NCBI GenBank assembly: GCA_963844035.1
Contig: CAWJMT010000004.1
Span: forward strand, 32,001-96,000
Length of the DNA: 64,000 nt
From: an uncultured Gemmatimonadales bacterium
GTDB taxonomy: Bacteria > Gemmatimonadota > Gemmatimonadetes > Gemmatimonadales > GWC2-71-9
Direction of reading: 5' to 3'
Shown: piece by piece, positions 20,414-31,773 of the stretch
How the letters are laid out: every line of letters begins with the position of its first letter
Numbering within the stretch: the first letter of the stretch is position 1
Notes under the pieces: generated by a model
The model's input: the letters and a program-made list of their open reading frames with translations, nothing else
What the model was told of the DNA's origin: nothing
Database searches by the model: none
Program-made: the position numbers and the translations under genes

Positions 20414-21518
20414 CAGGAAGGAGAGCGGGTGCGCGCCGGATCGGCAGCGCGCGGGCGCCAACAGCCTCGGCCACGCGCCGGGCGATCTCGGTCAGCGCCA
20501 CGGCGGCGGGCGACCCCGGCTCGGAGACCACAATCGGCGACCCGGCGTCGGCGAGGTTCGGCATGCCGGCCTGCAGCGGGACTTTGCCGAGCAGCGGTAC
20601 CTTCAGCTCGTCCGCCAGCCGCTGGCCGCCGCCCGAGAGGAAGAGGTCGGTGTGCTCGCCGCAGTGCGGGCAGACGTAGCCGCTCATGTTCTCGACGATG
20701 CCCATCACCGGCACGCCCACTTTCTCGAACATCTTCGCGCCGCGCAGGCTGTCGCCCACCGCCATCTCCTGCGGCGTCGTCACGATCAACGCGGCCCGGA
20801 GCTGGATCGACTGGGCGAGCGAGAGCTGCGCGTCGCCGGTGCCCGGGGGCAGATCCACCAGGAAGTAGTCCAGCTCGCCCCAATCCACGTCGCGCAGGAA
20901 CTGCTGGATGATCTTCATGATGATCGGCCCCCGCCAGATCGCGGGCGCATCGCGCTCCACGATGAAGCCGAGCGACATCAGCTTGACGCCGTGTCCCTGG
21001 AGCGGCTGGATCTTGCCGTCGATGATCTCCGGCTTGTGATCCACACCCATCATGCGCGGAATGTTGGGACCATAGATGTCGCCGTCCATCAATCCCACGC
21101 GATGTCCCGCGCGCGCGAGCGCGGTGGCGAGGTTCGCGGAAACGGTGGACTTCCCCACCCCGCCCTTGCCGGACGAAATCGCGAGGACTTGGCCGAGGTT
21201 GGGCTGGGCGATCGGCGTGGGCGGCGGCGGGACGGCTCCAGGCGCCCGTTTGGGACCCGCAGCGGATGCATTGCCGTCCAGCACCTTGACCGTCACACCG
21301 CTCACTCCAGGAACTGCTTGCACAGCCTTCCGGGCCTCGCGCACCAACGTCCCTGGATCTTCACGCGAGAGCACGAACCCGAAGGTCACCGCACCCGCGT
21401 CGTCTACCACGAGATCCTTGACCAGGCCGGCGGAGACGATGTCGACGCCGAGGCGCGGGTTCTTGAGGGTGGCGAGGGCGCGCTCGACTTGCGCTTGAAG
21501 GGCTTCGGATGGGGGCAC
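20413..21518 (-). CDS. mrp: Mrp/NBP35/ApbC Fe-S cluster carrier ATPase
   Basis: SGKGGVGKST, DGDIYGP, AIWRGP, DLPPGTGDAQL, ENMSGYVCPHCG; 3' end appears frameshifted. Confidence 0.95.
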
Positions 21519-21647
21519 ACGCCAAACCTAGAGGGGGCCGGGGAGGGGGGCAACGAGGACGTGGCGAGCGAGGGGCATTTCCTCTGGTGCCACTCGGGCC
21601 TCTGCAGCAATTTCCCAGCGTGTTCATCTCAACCAGCGGAAACGCGC

Positions 21648-22307
21648 ATGACTCCCCATCTGTCGGCCACCGGCATTCCTGACTGGCGCCTCCGCTGGCA
21701 CGTCTTCCGCTGCCGGCGCCACAGCGACACGAGCACGCGCTACCTGCTCGAACTGGCTCGCTGCGTGGCCCGCTCCCCCCGCGCCGCGGACGCGCCGCCC
21801 CTGCTCGAAATCGGCACGCGCAGCGGCGGGTCCGCCTGGCTGATGCTGCGTGTCCTGGAGGACGTCTACGGCGCCGAGCGTCGCCCTCTGGTCCTCACGG
21901 TGGACCCCTACGGAGAGAGGCCGTACGAGGGGCATCCCCATGTGTACGACGAACGGCACTATCGCGCCATGAAGCGAGCGCTGGCGGGGTACGCCAATCA
22001 TATCCACTACATGATGGACTCCGACTTCTTTCTCCGAACGATCGAGAGCGGTCTCCCCCTATGGCTGGACGGCGTTAAGGAACCGGTTGAGCGTTTCACT
22101 TTCGCTTACCTCGACGGCAGCCACGATCCGGACATCGTGTGGTCGGAAATCGAGCGGATCTGGCCGCGGCTAGTCCGCGGCGGGTACCTGATCGTAGACG
22201 ACACCGACTGGTTCGGTGGGGAGATGCGGCGCCGCCTCGACGCTGGAGCCCCCCGGCTCGGCGCCACGTTGCGCCACCACGGCAAGCAGGGCATCCTGCA
22301 GCGCTGA
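21648..22307 (+). CDS. Class I SAM-dependent methyltransferase (Methyltransf_24-like)
   Basis: LLEIGTRSGGS, LTVDPY, FAYLDGSH, LVRGGYLIVDD. Confidence 0.8.
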   Translation: MTPHLSATGIPDWRLRWHVFRCRRHSDTSTRYLLELARCVARSPRAADAPPLLEIGTRSGGSAWLMLRVLEDVYGAERRPLVLTVDPYGERPYEGHPHVYDERHYRAMKRALAGYANHIHYMMDSDFFLRTIESGLPLWLDGVKEPVERFTFAYLDGSHDPDIVWSEIERIWPRLVRGGYLIVDDTDWFGGEMRRRLDAGAPRLGATLRHHGKQGILQR

Positions 22308-22433
22308 CCTTGATCAAGCGTCAGGGTTGGAGTGTCGTGGTGGTCGGAGCCTGGAACCCCCGCGTCTTCGTGAACCTCGCCGCTCACTTGCGCGACGCTG
22401 GCGGCGCGGTCCGATCGAGGTAGAATAGCGATC

Positions 22434-22691
22434 ATGCACGACTTCGATCTCGTTGCCCTCGGCGGTCTGGCCCTCGTGAGCCTGGTCGTTCTCAAGGTGC
22501 TGGGACCCCTCGCGAGCGCCGTAGCCAAGCGCATTGCGGGCACCGCTGCGAGCCCAGCCGTCACCGACCCTTCAATTCCTGAACTTCGCGAGGAGGTCGA
22601 GCAGCTCCAGGAGCGGGTCGATTTCCTCGAGCGAGCGCTCGTCGCTCGGCAGCGGCCGCCCGAGCTGCCTCACCCTCGAACCCCTGTTTAG
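22434..22691 (+). CDS. Small membrane-anchored coiled-coil protein
   Basis: N-terminal hydrophobic helix, then ELREEVEQLQERVDFLERAL. Confidence 0.75.
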   Translation: MHDFDLVALGGLALVSLVVLKVLGPLASAVAKRIAGTAASPAVTDPSIPELREEVEQLQERVDFLERALVARQRPPELPHPRTPV

Positions 22692-22712
22692 CCGGGAAAC
22701 TACCGAAACCCC

Positions 22713-22991
22713 ATGCCCCGATTCCTCATCGAAGTCCCGCACGAAGGCACTAAACAGGACTGCATTCGCGCGGTCGAGGTGTTCCTGCGCACCGGATCCC
22801 ACTACCTCACCCACGCCGATTGGGGCTGCAAGGACGGTGACCACAAGTCCTGGATGACGGTCGAGGTGGGCAGCAAGGACGAGGCCCGGAACATCGTGCC
22901 GTCGGCGTACCGCACGGTTGCGAAAATCGTCCAGCTGAACGGTTTCTCGGTGCAGGACCTGGAGAACATGCTCGGCACGCACGGGAAGTAG
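22713..22991 (+). CDS. Hypothetical 92-aa protein with His/Cys cluster
   Basis: Clean ORF with normal composition: MPRFLIEVPH...C...GSHYLTHADWGCKDGDHKSW. Confidence 0.75.
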   Translation: MPRFLIEVPHEGTKQDCIRAVEVFLRTGSHYLTHADWGCKDGDHKSWMTVEVGSKDEARNIVPSAYRTVAKIVQLNGFSVQDLENMLGTHGK

Positions 22992-22994
22992 ACG

Positions 22995-23426
22995 ATGGTC
23001 AACCCGCCCAGCACCCTTCGCGTCGTTCGGATTCTCCACGCGGCGATGCTCGGCGGCCTGGTCGCGACCGGCGGGACGCTCGTTCTGGTGCGCCGCCTGG
23101 TGCCCCTGCCCGCCATGGGCGACAGCCGTATGCTCGCTCCGGTCCTGACCACGGCAGCGGGCCTGTTACTGACGGTCGCGTGGCTTGCGTTGCGCTCGAG
23201 AGTTCCGGCCCGTCGATCGGAGCAGAGCGCCGACGCTTACTGGGGCGTGCCGAGCACGCGGGTCGGCGCCATTGTGCTGTGGGGCGTGGTGGAAGGCGCA
23301 GGCGTGATCGCTGCCGTCGGCTTTTTCCTCACCGGAGGAGGGACGACCGCAGCGGCCTATGCCCTCGCGCTCGTCACCCTGGTGCTGTTGGGACCGGGTC
23401 GCCTGCAAGGGGACGACGCGTCCTGA
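22995..23426 (+). CDS. Hypothetical integral membrane protein (about 4 TM)
   Basis: Four hydrophobic segments; starts 3 nt after the previous stop. Confidence 0.7.
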   Translation: MVNPPSTLRVVRILHAAMLGGLVATGGTLVLVRRLVPLPAMGDSRMLAPVLTTAAGLLLTVAWLALRSRVPARRSEQSADAYWGVPSTRVGAIVLWGVVEGAGVIAAVGFFLTGGGTTAAAYALALVTLVLLGPGRLQGDDAS

Positions 23427-23512
23427 GCATCAGCTCCTCGCACCTCGAAGCCGCCAACGTGACTACCTTGATCCCATGGGTTTCGCTGTCCCTACCCCAC
23501 GAGGAGTCACCC

Positions 23513-23680
23513 TTGCCCAAGCGCAACTACGGATTCGAGAAGCGTCAGAAAGAGATCAAACGGCAGCAGAAGAAGGAAGAGAAGAAGCAGAAGAAGCTCG
23601 ATCGGGCGAAGGAAGCGGGGGAGCCGACGCCGGATCCGAACGCACTACCGGCGAACGGCGATCAAGCCGTAACGCCGTAG
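23513..23680 (+). CDS. Small Lys/Glu-rich protein
   Basis: GAGGAG RBS, then TTG; MPKRNYGFEKRQKEIKRQQKKEEKKQKKLDR. Confidence 0.75.
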   Translation: MPKRNYGFEKRQKEIKRQQKKEEKKQKKLDRAKEAGEPTPDPNALPANGDQAVTP

Positions 23681-23689
23681 GCACAACAC

Positions 23690-23713
23690 GCCCTCGGGGC
23701 TATCCCCGAGGGC
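23690..23713. terminator. Perfect 10-bp stem hairpin between convergent genes
   Basis: gccctcgggg-ctat-ccccgagggc; no U-tract. Confidence 0.65.
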
Positions 23714-23728
23714 CGCTGAACACCGCTC

Positions 23729-24216
23729 TTAGAAGTTAAGCGAGAGCGAGAAGACGTCCTGCACCCGATATCCGGGGTCCAGCATGACAACGTTGCCGCC
23801 GATGATCGCGTACTGGTAACCACGCGGGGCGGGACCGTACTGCATCCACAGACCTGCGGGCAGCGGGTGCATCTGTCGGCGCAGCTGGTAGTCGAGCGGC
23901 CGGCCCACACGCAGACGGTTCTGCATGGCGGGCGACAAGCGATCCTGGTGTCTCCAGCCGCGGCCCTGGTAACGGCGGTTCTGCTGGTACCAGTTGCGCG
24001 TGGCCTGACGGTCGCGATCATTGAACTTCGTGTGATGCTGGCGGTTCCAATCGGCGCTCTGCCGCCCGTCGTACTGGCCGCCGCGCCAGCCATTGTCCTG
24101 CCCGTTGCGATTGTCGTTGCCCTGATTCGGTTCTGGTCTTGTGCCATGGCGACCTTGCCGGACACGGCAAGGAACACCAATGCGAATGCGCATGTGACAA
24201 CTGATCGTACGTTCAT
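23729..24216 (-). CDS. Secreted RcnB-like protein (frameshift near 24125)
   Basis: Signal peptide ending AMA-Q; N/D/R/Q-rich linker; C-terminal LRVGRPL...GPAPRGYQYAIIGGNVVMLD. Confidence 0.7.
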
Positions 24217-24430
24217 AAGACGATCCTTCGAAAGAGAAGCCTGGGGAGCGGTAGAGACTGAGAGAATCAGTGACACGCGCCCTCATCGACTCTAGCGACC
24301 GGCCGTGCCCGCGACCATCGGCCAACGGGGTGTCCACCATCATCGGCCAACGGGGGGATTGACACCGGGGGTGCGCGTGGCGCTGAACCCTCACCGCGGC
24401 ACCGGGTAGCACGGGGGGAAAGGTGGTCCC

Positions 24431-24929
24431 GTGAAGACTCCGAGCACTCCGAAGCTCCGTGGTGGCCCTGCTATCCCTTACTGCCTGCACGCCGGTCCGG
24501 CCCCGCGTGTCGCTCGCACCCGGAGTCTCGCTGAAGGGCTACGAGGTCTTCGTCGTCATGCCCGTCAAGGATGCCACCGGGGCCCGGTTCAATCTGGACG
24601 TCCGCGATTCCCTGCAGCAGCACATCGCCAAGCGGCTCCGGTCCTACAATCTTGTCGCGGTCACCGACTCCTCGGCCGATACGGTGGGAACGGCGGTCGT
24701 GGTGGTCAGTACGCTGGTCGACTTCCGGGGCATCCCGATGTGGCTGCAAGTACCCGGTGGGGGCACGACGGCGTGCGAGATTCGGAGCGAATTGTGGGAT
24801 AACCGGACCGGCAAACGGCTCGGGGAGATCGCCGCGGCGGGCCTGGAGGAGCACGGAACGCCGCTGTTCGTCCTGTTCCAGTGCGCGCACGATGTGGCCG
24901 ATGCTATAGAACGGCAGCTCCGGCCATGA
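24431..24929 (+). CDS. Putative lipoprotein (start uncertain)
   Basis: VALLSLTAC lipobox followed by an alpha/beta domain ending ELWDNRTGKRLG...AHDVADAIERQL. Confidence 0.65.
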
Positions 24930-24942
24930 GCGGCACGCTCCG

Positions 24943-26043
24943 CTACAGCTTGGGCTGGAACCAGCTCTTGATGTCCATATCCCAGGAGAGCTGTAGCGCG
25001 AAGGCGTAGCCGTTGGGCAGAATCGCCTTCAGGTCCTCTTCGACGTTGGACCACGAATGCCGGTAGCTCGCCTTGAGGATGGTGCCCGCGCTGGGCCGAT
25101 AGCCGATTCCGATCTCCCCATTGTAGACGTCCACCGCCCGCGCGATCCACACCGGACCGCCTATCGGTCGGATGAACGGGTAGTCATTGCGCTCCGCGCG
25201 GACCGCTGCGTAAACCCGAGGGGCGAAGGTCTGCTTCAGCTCGATGTAGTAGGTGAGGCCGTCGATCGGCTCGGTCCGGTCGGGCACTTCGTACTCCGAG
25301 AAGGCCAGCTCGGCACGCAGCTCGAAATACCCCCGGCTGATGCGCGTGTCGAAGGCCAGAATTTTCTCGCCATAACTCTTCCAGTCGGCGCCCGCCGGAA
25401 TCGCCGCGCCCAGCTCGTCGTTCAGGTATGGCCCCCACGTGACCGACGCGCCGATACGGAACTCAGGGATCGGGGTGTATCCCCCACCGAACGCGGGCCG
25501 CCACGCCGGACTGGGATCGGGAAAATAGTCCTCATGGGTGACGGGCAAGTCCATGATCGCCGCCCGGTAGTCGAAATGCGCCGTCGCCCCGCTGAACAGC
25601 ACACCCCACGGATAGATGACCGCGTACCCGTCCGGATCACTGATGAGGGGGTTCACGTTGGAAAGGCGGCGCTGGGCGTACGCGCCGACCGGCATGGGGA
25701 ACTTGCCGAACTCGAAACTGGCGAGCGGCGACGGGATCAGGCGCAGCGCCAGCTGCTGATACTCGATCTCGAGCTCGTCTGCTTCGTCCGTGGCGCTGCC
25801 GCCCGTCAGTTCGCCCATGAAAACCACCTGCACCTTCGGGTGCGGCGCGACGCCCACCGCCAGGTAGAAGCTGCCGAGGGTGGCGAATTCGCCTTCGTTG
25901 ACGCTCAAGAGCGGCGACGCCGAATCGGTGGACCACGCTTCGGCGTCCGCGATCCCGTTCACCATCAGCCAGTCCTGCGCCTCGGCCGGTCCGGCTCCCG
26001 CGACCAGCAGCGCCAGGGTGAACCAGCGAACGCGCGCCGTCAT
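24943..26043 (-). CDS. Putative outer-membrane beta-barrel (porin-like) protein
   Basis: Signal peptide ending AEA-Q; amphipathic strands; FEFGKFPMPVG; aromatic-rich C-terminal strand. Confidence 0.7.
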   Translation of the reverse strand: MTARVRWFTLALLVAGAGPAEAQDWLMVNGIADAEAWSTDSASPLLSVNEGEFATLGSFYLAVGVAPHPKVQVVFMGELTGGSATDEADELEIEYQQLALRLIPSPLASFEFGKFPMPVGAYAQRRLSNVNPLISDPDGYAVIYPWGVLFSGATAHFDYRAAIMDLPVTHEDYFPDPSPAWRPAFGGGYTPIPEFRIGASVTWGPYLNDELGAAIPAGADWKSYGEKILAFDTRISRGYFELRAELAFSEYEVPDRTEPIDGLTYYIELKQTFAPRVYAAVRAERNDYPFIRPIGGPVWIARAVDVYNGEIGIGYRPSAGTILKASYRHSWSNVEEDLKAILPNGYAFALQLSWDMDIKSWFQPKL

Positions 26044-28475
26044 GACGCCACCGCCGCCGTCGTTCCGGGCTGGTCCAGCACTTCGCGAACGCGGCGGGTG
26101 AGGGCCTCGGGGGTGAACGGCTTCTCCAACAACTCGATGCCGGGGGCGATCACCCCCCGATGCACGATGGCGTCGTTCGTGTACCCGGACATGTACAGGA
26201 TTCGCATTCTCGGGTACCGGACCGCGAGACGTTCCGCCAGCTCGGGGCCGCTGCCGCCCGGCATGACGACGTCGGTGAGCAGCAGGTGGATCGGTCCCAC
26301 GTGGTGCTCCGCGATGCGCTGCGCTTCGTCGGCGCGGCTCGCCGCGAGCACCCGGTACCCCATCCCCTCGAGGCAACGCTGGGCCAGCACCCGAACGGGC
26401 GCCTCGTCCTCGGTGAGCAGGATCGTTTCGGCCCCCGCCGTGGTACGCACCAGCTCCGGACGACGCGCCGCTGTCACCCCCGGATCGGCCACCTGCGGCA
26501 GGTAGATCTTGAACGTCGTTCCCTTCCTGGGTTCGCTCTCGACATAGATGAACCCACCCGACTGCTTGACGATACCGTACACCGTCGACAGACCGAGCCC
26601 CGTCCCTTTGCCGGGCTCTTTGGTGGTGTAAAACGGCTCGAAGATCCGCGCCCGCGTGACGTCGTCCATGCCGAATCCCGTATCGCTCACGGTCAACAAG
26701 ACCCAATGGCCCGCCGGCATCGGCGCCAGCGCCTCGGGGGCCCCATCCGTGTAGTCCGCGTTCGCGGTCTCGAGCGTCACCCGGCCTCCACGCGGCATCG
26801 CGTCCCGGGCGTTCACCACCAGGTTCATCAGCACCTGGTCGAGCTGCCCGGGGTCCGCCTGGACGAACCCGTGCGGAGGCCCCCGTCACCGTCCGGAGCT
26901 CGATGTCTTCCCCGATCACCCGCTGCAGCATTTTTTCGATCGCCGACACGACCCCGTTCAGGTCGAGGACCTTCGGCTGCATCACTTGCTTGCGGCTGAA
27001 CGCGAGCAGCTGCTTGGTCAACGCCGCGGCGCGGAGTGCCGCACTGTGCGCCGCCTCGAGATCCTCGTAGAGCGGCGGGTTGGAGGAGCCGACCTCCTTC
27101 TTCACGAGGTCGATATAGCTGAGGATCACCGTGAGCAGGTTGTTAAAGTCGTGGGCGACACCGCCCGCGAGCGTGCCGACGGCCTCGAGTTTTTGCGACT
27201 GCCGCAGCTGCTGCTCGCTGGTCCGCAGCGCCTGCTCGGCACGCTCACGCTCGACCATCTGCTCCCGCAACGAGACGTTCGAGCGCGACAGCTCCTGGGT
27301 GCGCTGGGTCAGCTCCGCATGCTGGAGCGCCAGCGAGTCGATGAGGCGGTCGTAGGTAGCGTCCAGCGCACGGAGCTCTGCTGTCGCCCGGGAGGAGTCG
27401 AAGCGGCGCGAGTACTCCCGGGTCTCGGCAACCGATTCCATGAACCCGACAAAGCTGCGCAGCGGCGCGAGCAGCGAGCGGGACACGAAGGCGGCGCCCA
27501 CTCCCGCCAGGAGCACCGCCAGACACCCGTACAGCAGGAAGCTGACGTGCATGACCGCGTTGACAGGCCCGAGCGCTTTGCCGAGGGGGTGGAGCAGATA
27601 GAGGTTCACCGTGGCATTGTTCGCGTCCATTCCCAGGGGAAGCGCGGCCATCACGTACTGCTCCCCGTCGAGCCGGACCGTCCCGCCGCGGTCCGGTCCG
27701 GCGGCGAGCAGCTGCGCCGACCCGTTGCGAGTCGGGCAGCCCACTCAAGGTGGAGGCGATCACGTCGCTCTGGCGACCGATCACGATGTCACTGCCGAAT
27801 AGCTCGGCTTGGGCCCGGAGAAACACCTCGTCCAGCCGCTCACCCAGCGTCAGGGTCCCGATCGGAAACCCTTGCAGCACGATGGGCACGGAGCCGACCT
27901 GGAAGTAGTCCCCGCCGAATTGGGCCACGCCGAAGTTCGAGGCATCGGTCGGGAGCGAGGGATCGAGCGCCCGATGAACGACGGGCAGCGAGGAGAGGTT
28001 GGCGCCGGTCCGCGGGCCGCTTCCGGTGCCGCTCGCTGGCCGCCAGCACCCGCCCGCGGTCGTCGGTCACGATCAAGAGGTCCCGTCCAAGACTCGCGGC
28101 GATCTTCTCGGTTTCCCGCTGCACCGTCGTGAGGAGCTCAGCGCGCCGCCAGCTGCCCGCATCGGACTCGAGGCGATAGGTCTCGATCGCCGCGCGCAGG
28201 GTGGGGTTCTCAGTGATCACGGACGAGGTCCACACGAGTTGCTCGAGGCTGCGGTTCTGCAGGTTCAGGATTTCCGACTGGGACCGCTGGAGCTGGGTGA
28301 CGAAGAACCGCTGCGTGGTCGCGCGGATCTCGATGCTGAGTACGAGAAACGCGCCCCCCACCACCAGGGCGATCAGCAGCGTCTCGAACAGGATCAGGCG
28401 GAAGCTGAGCCCGGAGCGGAAGGCGGGTCCGAGCGCCCGGTCGGCGAAGGCGCGCAGCGAACCCCGGATTGTCAT
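26040..28475 (-). CDS. Membrane hybrid histidine kinase (TM-periplasmic Cache-like-TM-HAMP-HisKA-HATPase-REC; several frameshifts)
   Basis: TM helix, DLLIVTDDRGRVLA, second TM and HAMP, AGGVAHDFNN, VNARDAM, FEPFYTTK, GTGLGL, receiver TDVVMP...KPF. Confidence 0.88.
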
Positions 28476-29200
28476 CGCCCGGGCTGCCTCGATCGGCGCC
28501 GGCAGCGGCACGTCCAGATCCAGCGTGGTCGTTTCGCCTCCCCGGACGCGTACGCGCCAGCTGATGGGTTTGATGCGCTCGTGCCAGGCCACCAGCCGGT
28601 ACTCACCGGCCGGCACGTCGTCGATCGTGTACCGTCCCGGTGCCGCGGGCACGGTGAAGAACGGATTGTCGAGCACCAGGACAACGGCGCTCATATCGGC
28701 GTGAATGTGGCAGAACACCTGCACCGTCCCCGGCCGGTCGAACCGTACGTCCTTCGACGTGCCCTTGGGGTAGCGGCCCAGGTCGAACGTCCGGGCGCTC
28801 GAGAGCGAGAAGACGTTGTGGAACACCGGGTCCTCGTTGGGGAACGCCACCGATGGACCCGCGCAGCACGGCCAGCACATGGGGTGCGAATGCCTCACCC
28901 TTTTGCTGGATTTCGAACCGACGGGGGGCACCCAGCGCGTCGTCCGCCAAGTGGGACCGAATCGAGATAGATGACCACGTTGGCGAATTCGCTTGTCGCC
29001 GGCGCTTTGGGAGCCGGCGCCGGGCCGTAGTCCCCGTACATCCGGATGCGAGGCTTCCGGATCGATAGCGCGGGAGAGAGCGTCACGGTCCCGGTGATGC
29101 GGCCGGTTGCGGCGGGGGCACGAGACCAGAGGGCCCCCGCGGAGGGGAGGGCGGCCAGTGCAATTGCGATGCTCAGCGTCAGTCCTGCCAAGCGAGACAC
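28472..29200 (-). CDS. Secreted cupredoxin-like (MauL-like) protein with carboxypeptidase-regulatory-like domain (frameshifts)
   Basis: Signal peptide; GRITGTV; FAPHVLAV; VAFPNEDPVFHNVFS; FDLGRY; VFCHIHADMSA; GRYTIDDVPAGEYRLVAWHE. Confidence 0.82.
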
Positions 29201-29213
29201 TGAAGATCTCCTG

Positions 29214-30263
29214 CTACGGAGAAGAGGCGCTGGGGACCGCCGCGAGATCCCCCAGGTACCGTCGTGCCGCCTCCAGCACCTGGTGCTGCACGTCCGCGAG
29301 CGAACCCTCGGCCGACGCACCCGCGGCCTTGCGATGCCCGCCGCCGCCGAACCCCTGCGCGATCTCGGCCGCATCGACCTTGCCCATCGATCGGAACGAC
29401 ACCTTGATCCGCCCGTTCGCGAGCTGCCGGAACAGCAGCGCGAGCCGCACGCCGGCGATTTGTCGCGGGAACTCCACGATCCCGTCCAGGTCGTCCGCCG
29501 TGGTGTTGTGGCGCGCCAGCGCGTCGGGCGGGACGGTCACCCAGGCGAGTCCGATCTCGGGCTCCACCACCAGGGTCTGAAGCACTTCCGCGGTGAGGCG
29601 CACCTTGCCTTCGGGCGAGCTGGCGTACACCTCCTCGTAGATCGACTCGGGTTCCACGCCGCGCTCGAGCAGCGCGCTCGCGACCCGCAGCACCCGCGGG
29701 GTCGTGTTGGAGAATCGGAATCCGCCGGTGTCGGTGAGGATGCCGACGTAGAGGGCGCGGGCGGCTTCGGTCGGGATCTCCCATCCGAGCGCCGTCGCGA
29801 GGTCGAACACCAGCTCGGCGGTCGCCGAGGCTTCGGACGCGATCAGCCTGGGGCCGTCGGGGAGCGACCCGGGACTCACGTGATGATCGATGCAGACGGT
29901 CGGGCCGCGGGCCTTGCGCACGGCGGGAGCCAGGTCACCGAGGCGGCCCAAGTCGGCGATGTCGAGCACGACGACGACGTCGGCGGCCTCGATCTCCTTC
30001 GCGGCCCGGTCGGAGTGGTCGGCCCCCTCAGGGAGCAGAAAGACGAACCGCTCGGGAACGGGCGTCGGGTTGGCGATCGCCACGCGCATGCGTTGCGCGG
30101 TGAGGAGGTGCCACATGGCCACCTCGCTCCCCATACCGTCGCCGTCCGCGTTCACGTGGGTGGTGAGCGCGACCCGGCGGTCGGGGCCGAGGACGGCGGC
30201 GATCTCCCGGGCGGCACGGGCGCGCTCGGGTGGGATGGTGATCGGGGCACCGTTGGCGGTCAT
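29214..30263 (-). CDS. nrnA: DHH/DHHA1 phosphoesterase (nanoRNase/pAp phosphatase)
   Basis: THVNADGDGMGS, VLD, IDHH, GILTDTGGFRF, SFRS, GGGGHRKAAG. Confidence 0.9.
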   Translation of the reverse strand: MTANGAPITIPPERARAAREIAAVLGPDRRVALTTHVNADGDGMGSEVAMWHLLTAQRMRVAIANPTPVPERFVFLLPEGADHSDRAAKEIEAADVVVVLDIADLGRLGDLAPAVRKARGPTVCIDHHVSPGSLPDGPRLIASEASATAELVFDLATALGWEIPTEAARALYVGILTDTGGFRFSNTTPRVLRVASALLERGVEPESIYEEVYASSPEGKVRLTAEVLQTLVVEPEIGLAWVTVPPDALARHNTTADDLDGIVEFPRQIAGVRLALLFRQLANGRIKVSFRSMGKVDAAEIAQGFGGGGHRKAAGASAEGSLADVQHQVLEAARRYLGDLAAVPSASSP

Positions 30264-30317
30264 TAGACCACTAAGATAGGGGAAAAGCTCCCAACTAGGG
30301 CCCCGAGGACGGTGCGG

Positions 30318-31773
30318 CTACACCTTCTTCGCCAGCTTGGAGTTACGCACCCCATAAGCAAAGTAGATCACGATGCCGATGCCGAACCAGATGATCAGCC
30401 GCTCCCAGGTGTGCCAGGGCAACGACACCATCAAGTAGAGGGCCGACAGGGCGCCGAGCGGTCCGACCAGCCACCACACGGGTGTCTTGAAGGCGCGCGG
30501 CAGATTCGGCTCGCGGATGCGCAGCACCATGACGCCGATCGACACGATCACGAAGGCCAGCAGCGTCCCGATCGACACGAGGCTCCCGGCCTCGCGTACG
30601 GTCAGGAACGCGGACACGATGGCGACGCCGATGCCGGTGAGGATCGAGGTGATATACGGCGTCTGGAAACGGGGGTGGATCTTCGCCACGAACGGCGGTA
30701 GCAGGCCGTCTTTCGACATCGTCCAGAACACCCGCGACTGCCCGAGCAACATCACCAGGATCACCGAGGACAGTCCCGCAATCGCCCCCAGCTTGATGAG
30801 GGAGGACATCCAGCCGAGCCCGGCGTGGTCGGCCACGACCGCGATCGGGTCGGGGACGTTGAGATCCTTGTACGACATCACGCCGGTCGCGATGGCGGAC
30901 ACGATGATGTAGAGCACGGTGCAGATCAGCAGCGAGGCGATGATGCCGATCGGCATGTCCCGTTGCGGATTCTTCGCCTCCTGCGCCGCCGTGCTGACCG
31001 CGTCGAACCCGATGTACGCGAAGAACACGATCCCCGCCCCGGTCATCACACCGCTCCACCCGAACTCCCCGCGCACCGGCAATCCGTCCTTGATGGTTTG
31101 CGGCGGCATGAAGGGGTGCCAGTTGGCCGGGTTGATCGCGTGCGCCGCTCCCACGATGAACAACAGCACCACCGCCACCTTCACGAACACGATGATGTTG
31201 TTGAAGTTGGCCGACTCCTTGATGCCGATCACGAGCAGCGTCGTGACGATCGCGATGATGAGGACCGCCGGAAGATTGAAGATCGCGGTCGCCGTGGTCC
31301 CGTCGGCGCACATGACCGCGTGCCCTCGGGCCCCCGCCAGCGTGCACGGCACGTCGATGCCGATGTCCCTGAGGAACGAGACGACGTACCCCGACCACCC
31401 GATCGCCACGGTCACGGCGCCGAGCGCGTATTCGAGCACCAGGTCCCACCCGATGATCCACGCGATCAGCTCGCCCAGCGTCGCGTAGCCGTAGGTGTAC
31501 GCGCTGCCCGGCCATCGGGACGAGTGAGGCGAACTCCGAGTAGCACAGCGCCGCGAAGATCGAGGCGACCCCTGCCAGGACGAACGACAGCACGACGGCC
31601 GGGCCGGCGTTCAGCGCCGCGACGGTCCCCGTGAGCACGAAGATGCCGGTGCCGATGATGGCCCCGATGCCCAGCATCGTCAGGTTGAGCGCGCCCAGTG
31701 CCCGCTTGAGACTGTGGTCGCTGTTGGCCTCGGCCTGCAGATCGGTGACGCTCTTGCGTCGGAACAGATCCAT
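30318..31773 (-). CDS. APC-family amino acid permease (frameshift near 31510)
   Basis: LGIGAIIGTGIFVLTG, ALCYSEFAS, FFAYIGFDAVSTAAQEAKNPQR, GQSRVF, SIGTLLAF. Confidence 0.95.

Noticed and set aside
24943..27744. Apparent kinase-porin fusion ORF (933 aa)
   Set aside because: A frameshift near 26870 carries the frame into the downstream gene. The kinase ends at 26040 and the barrel has its own signal peptide.
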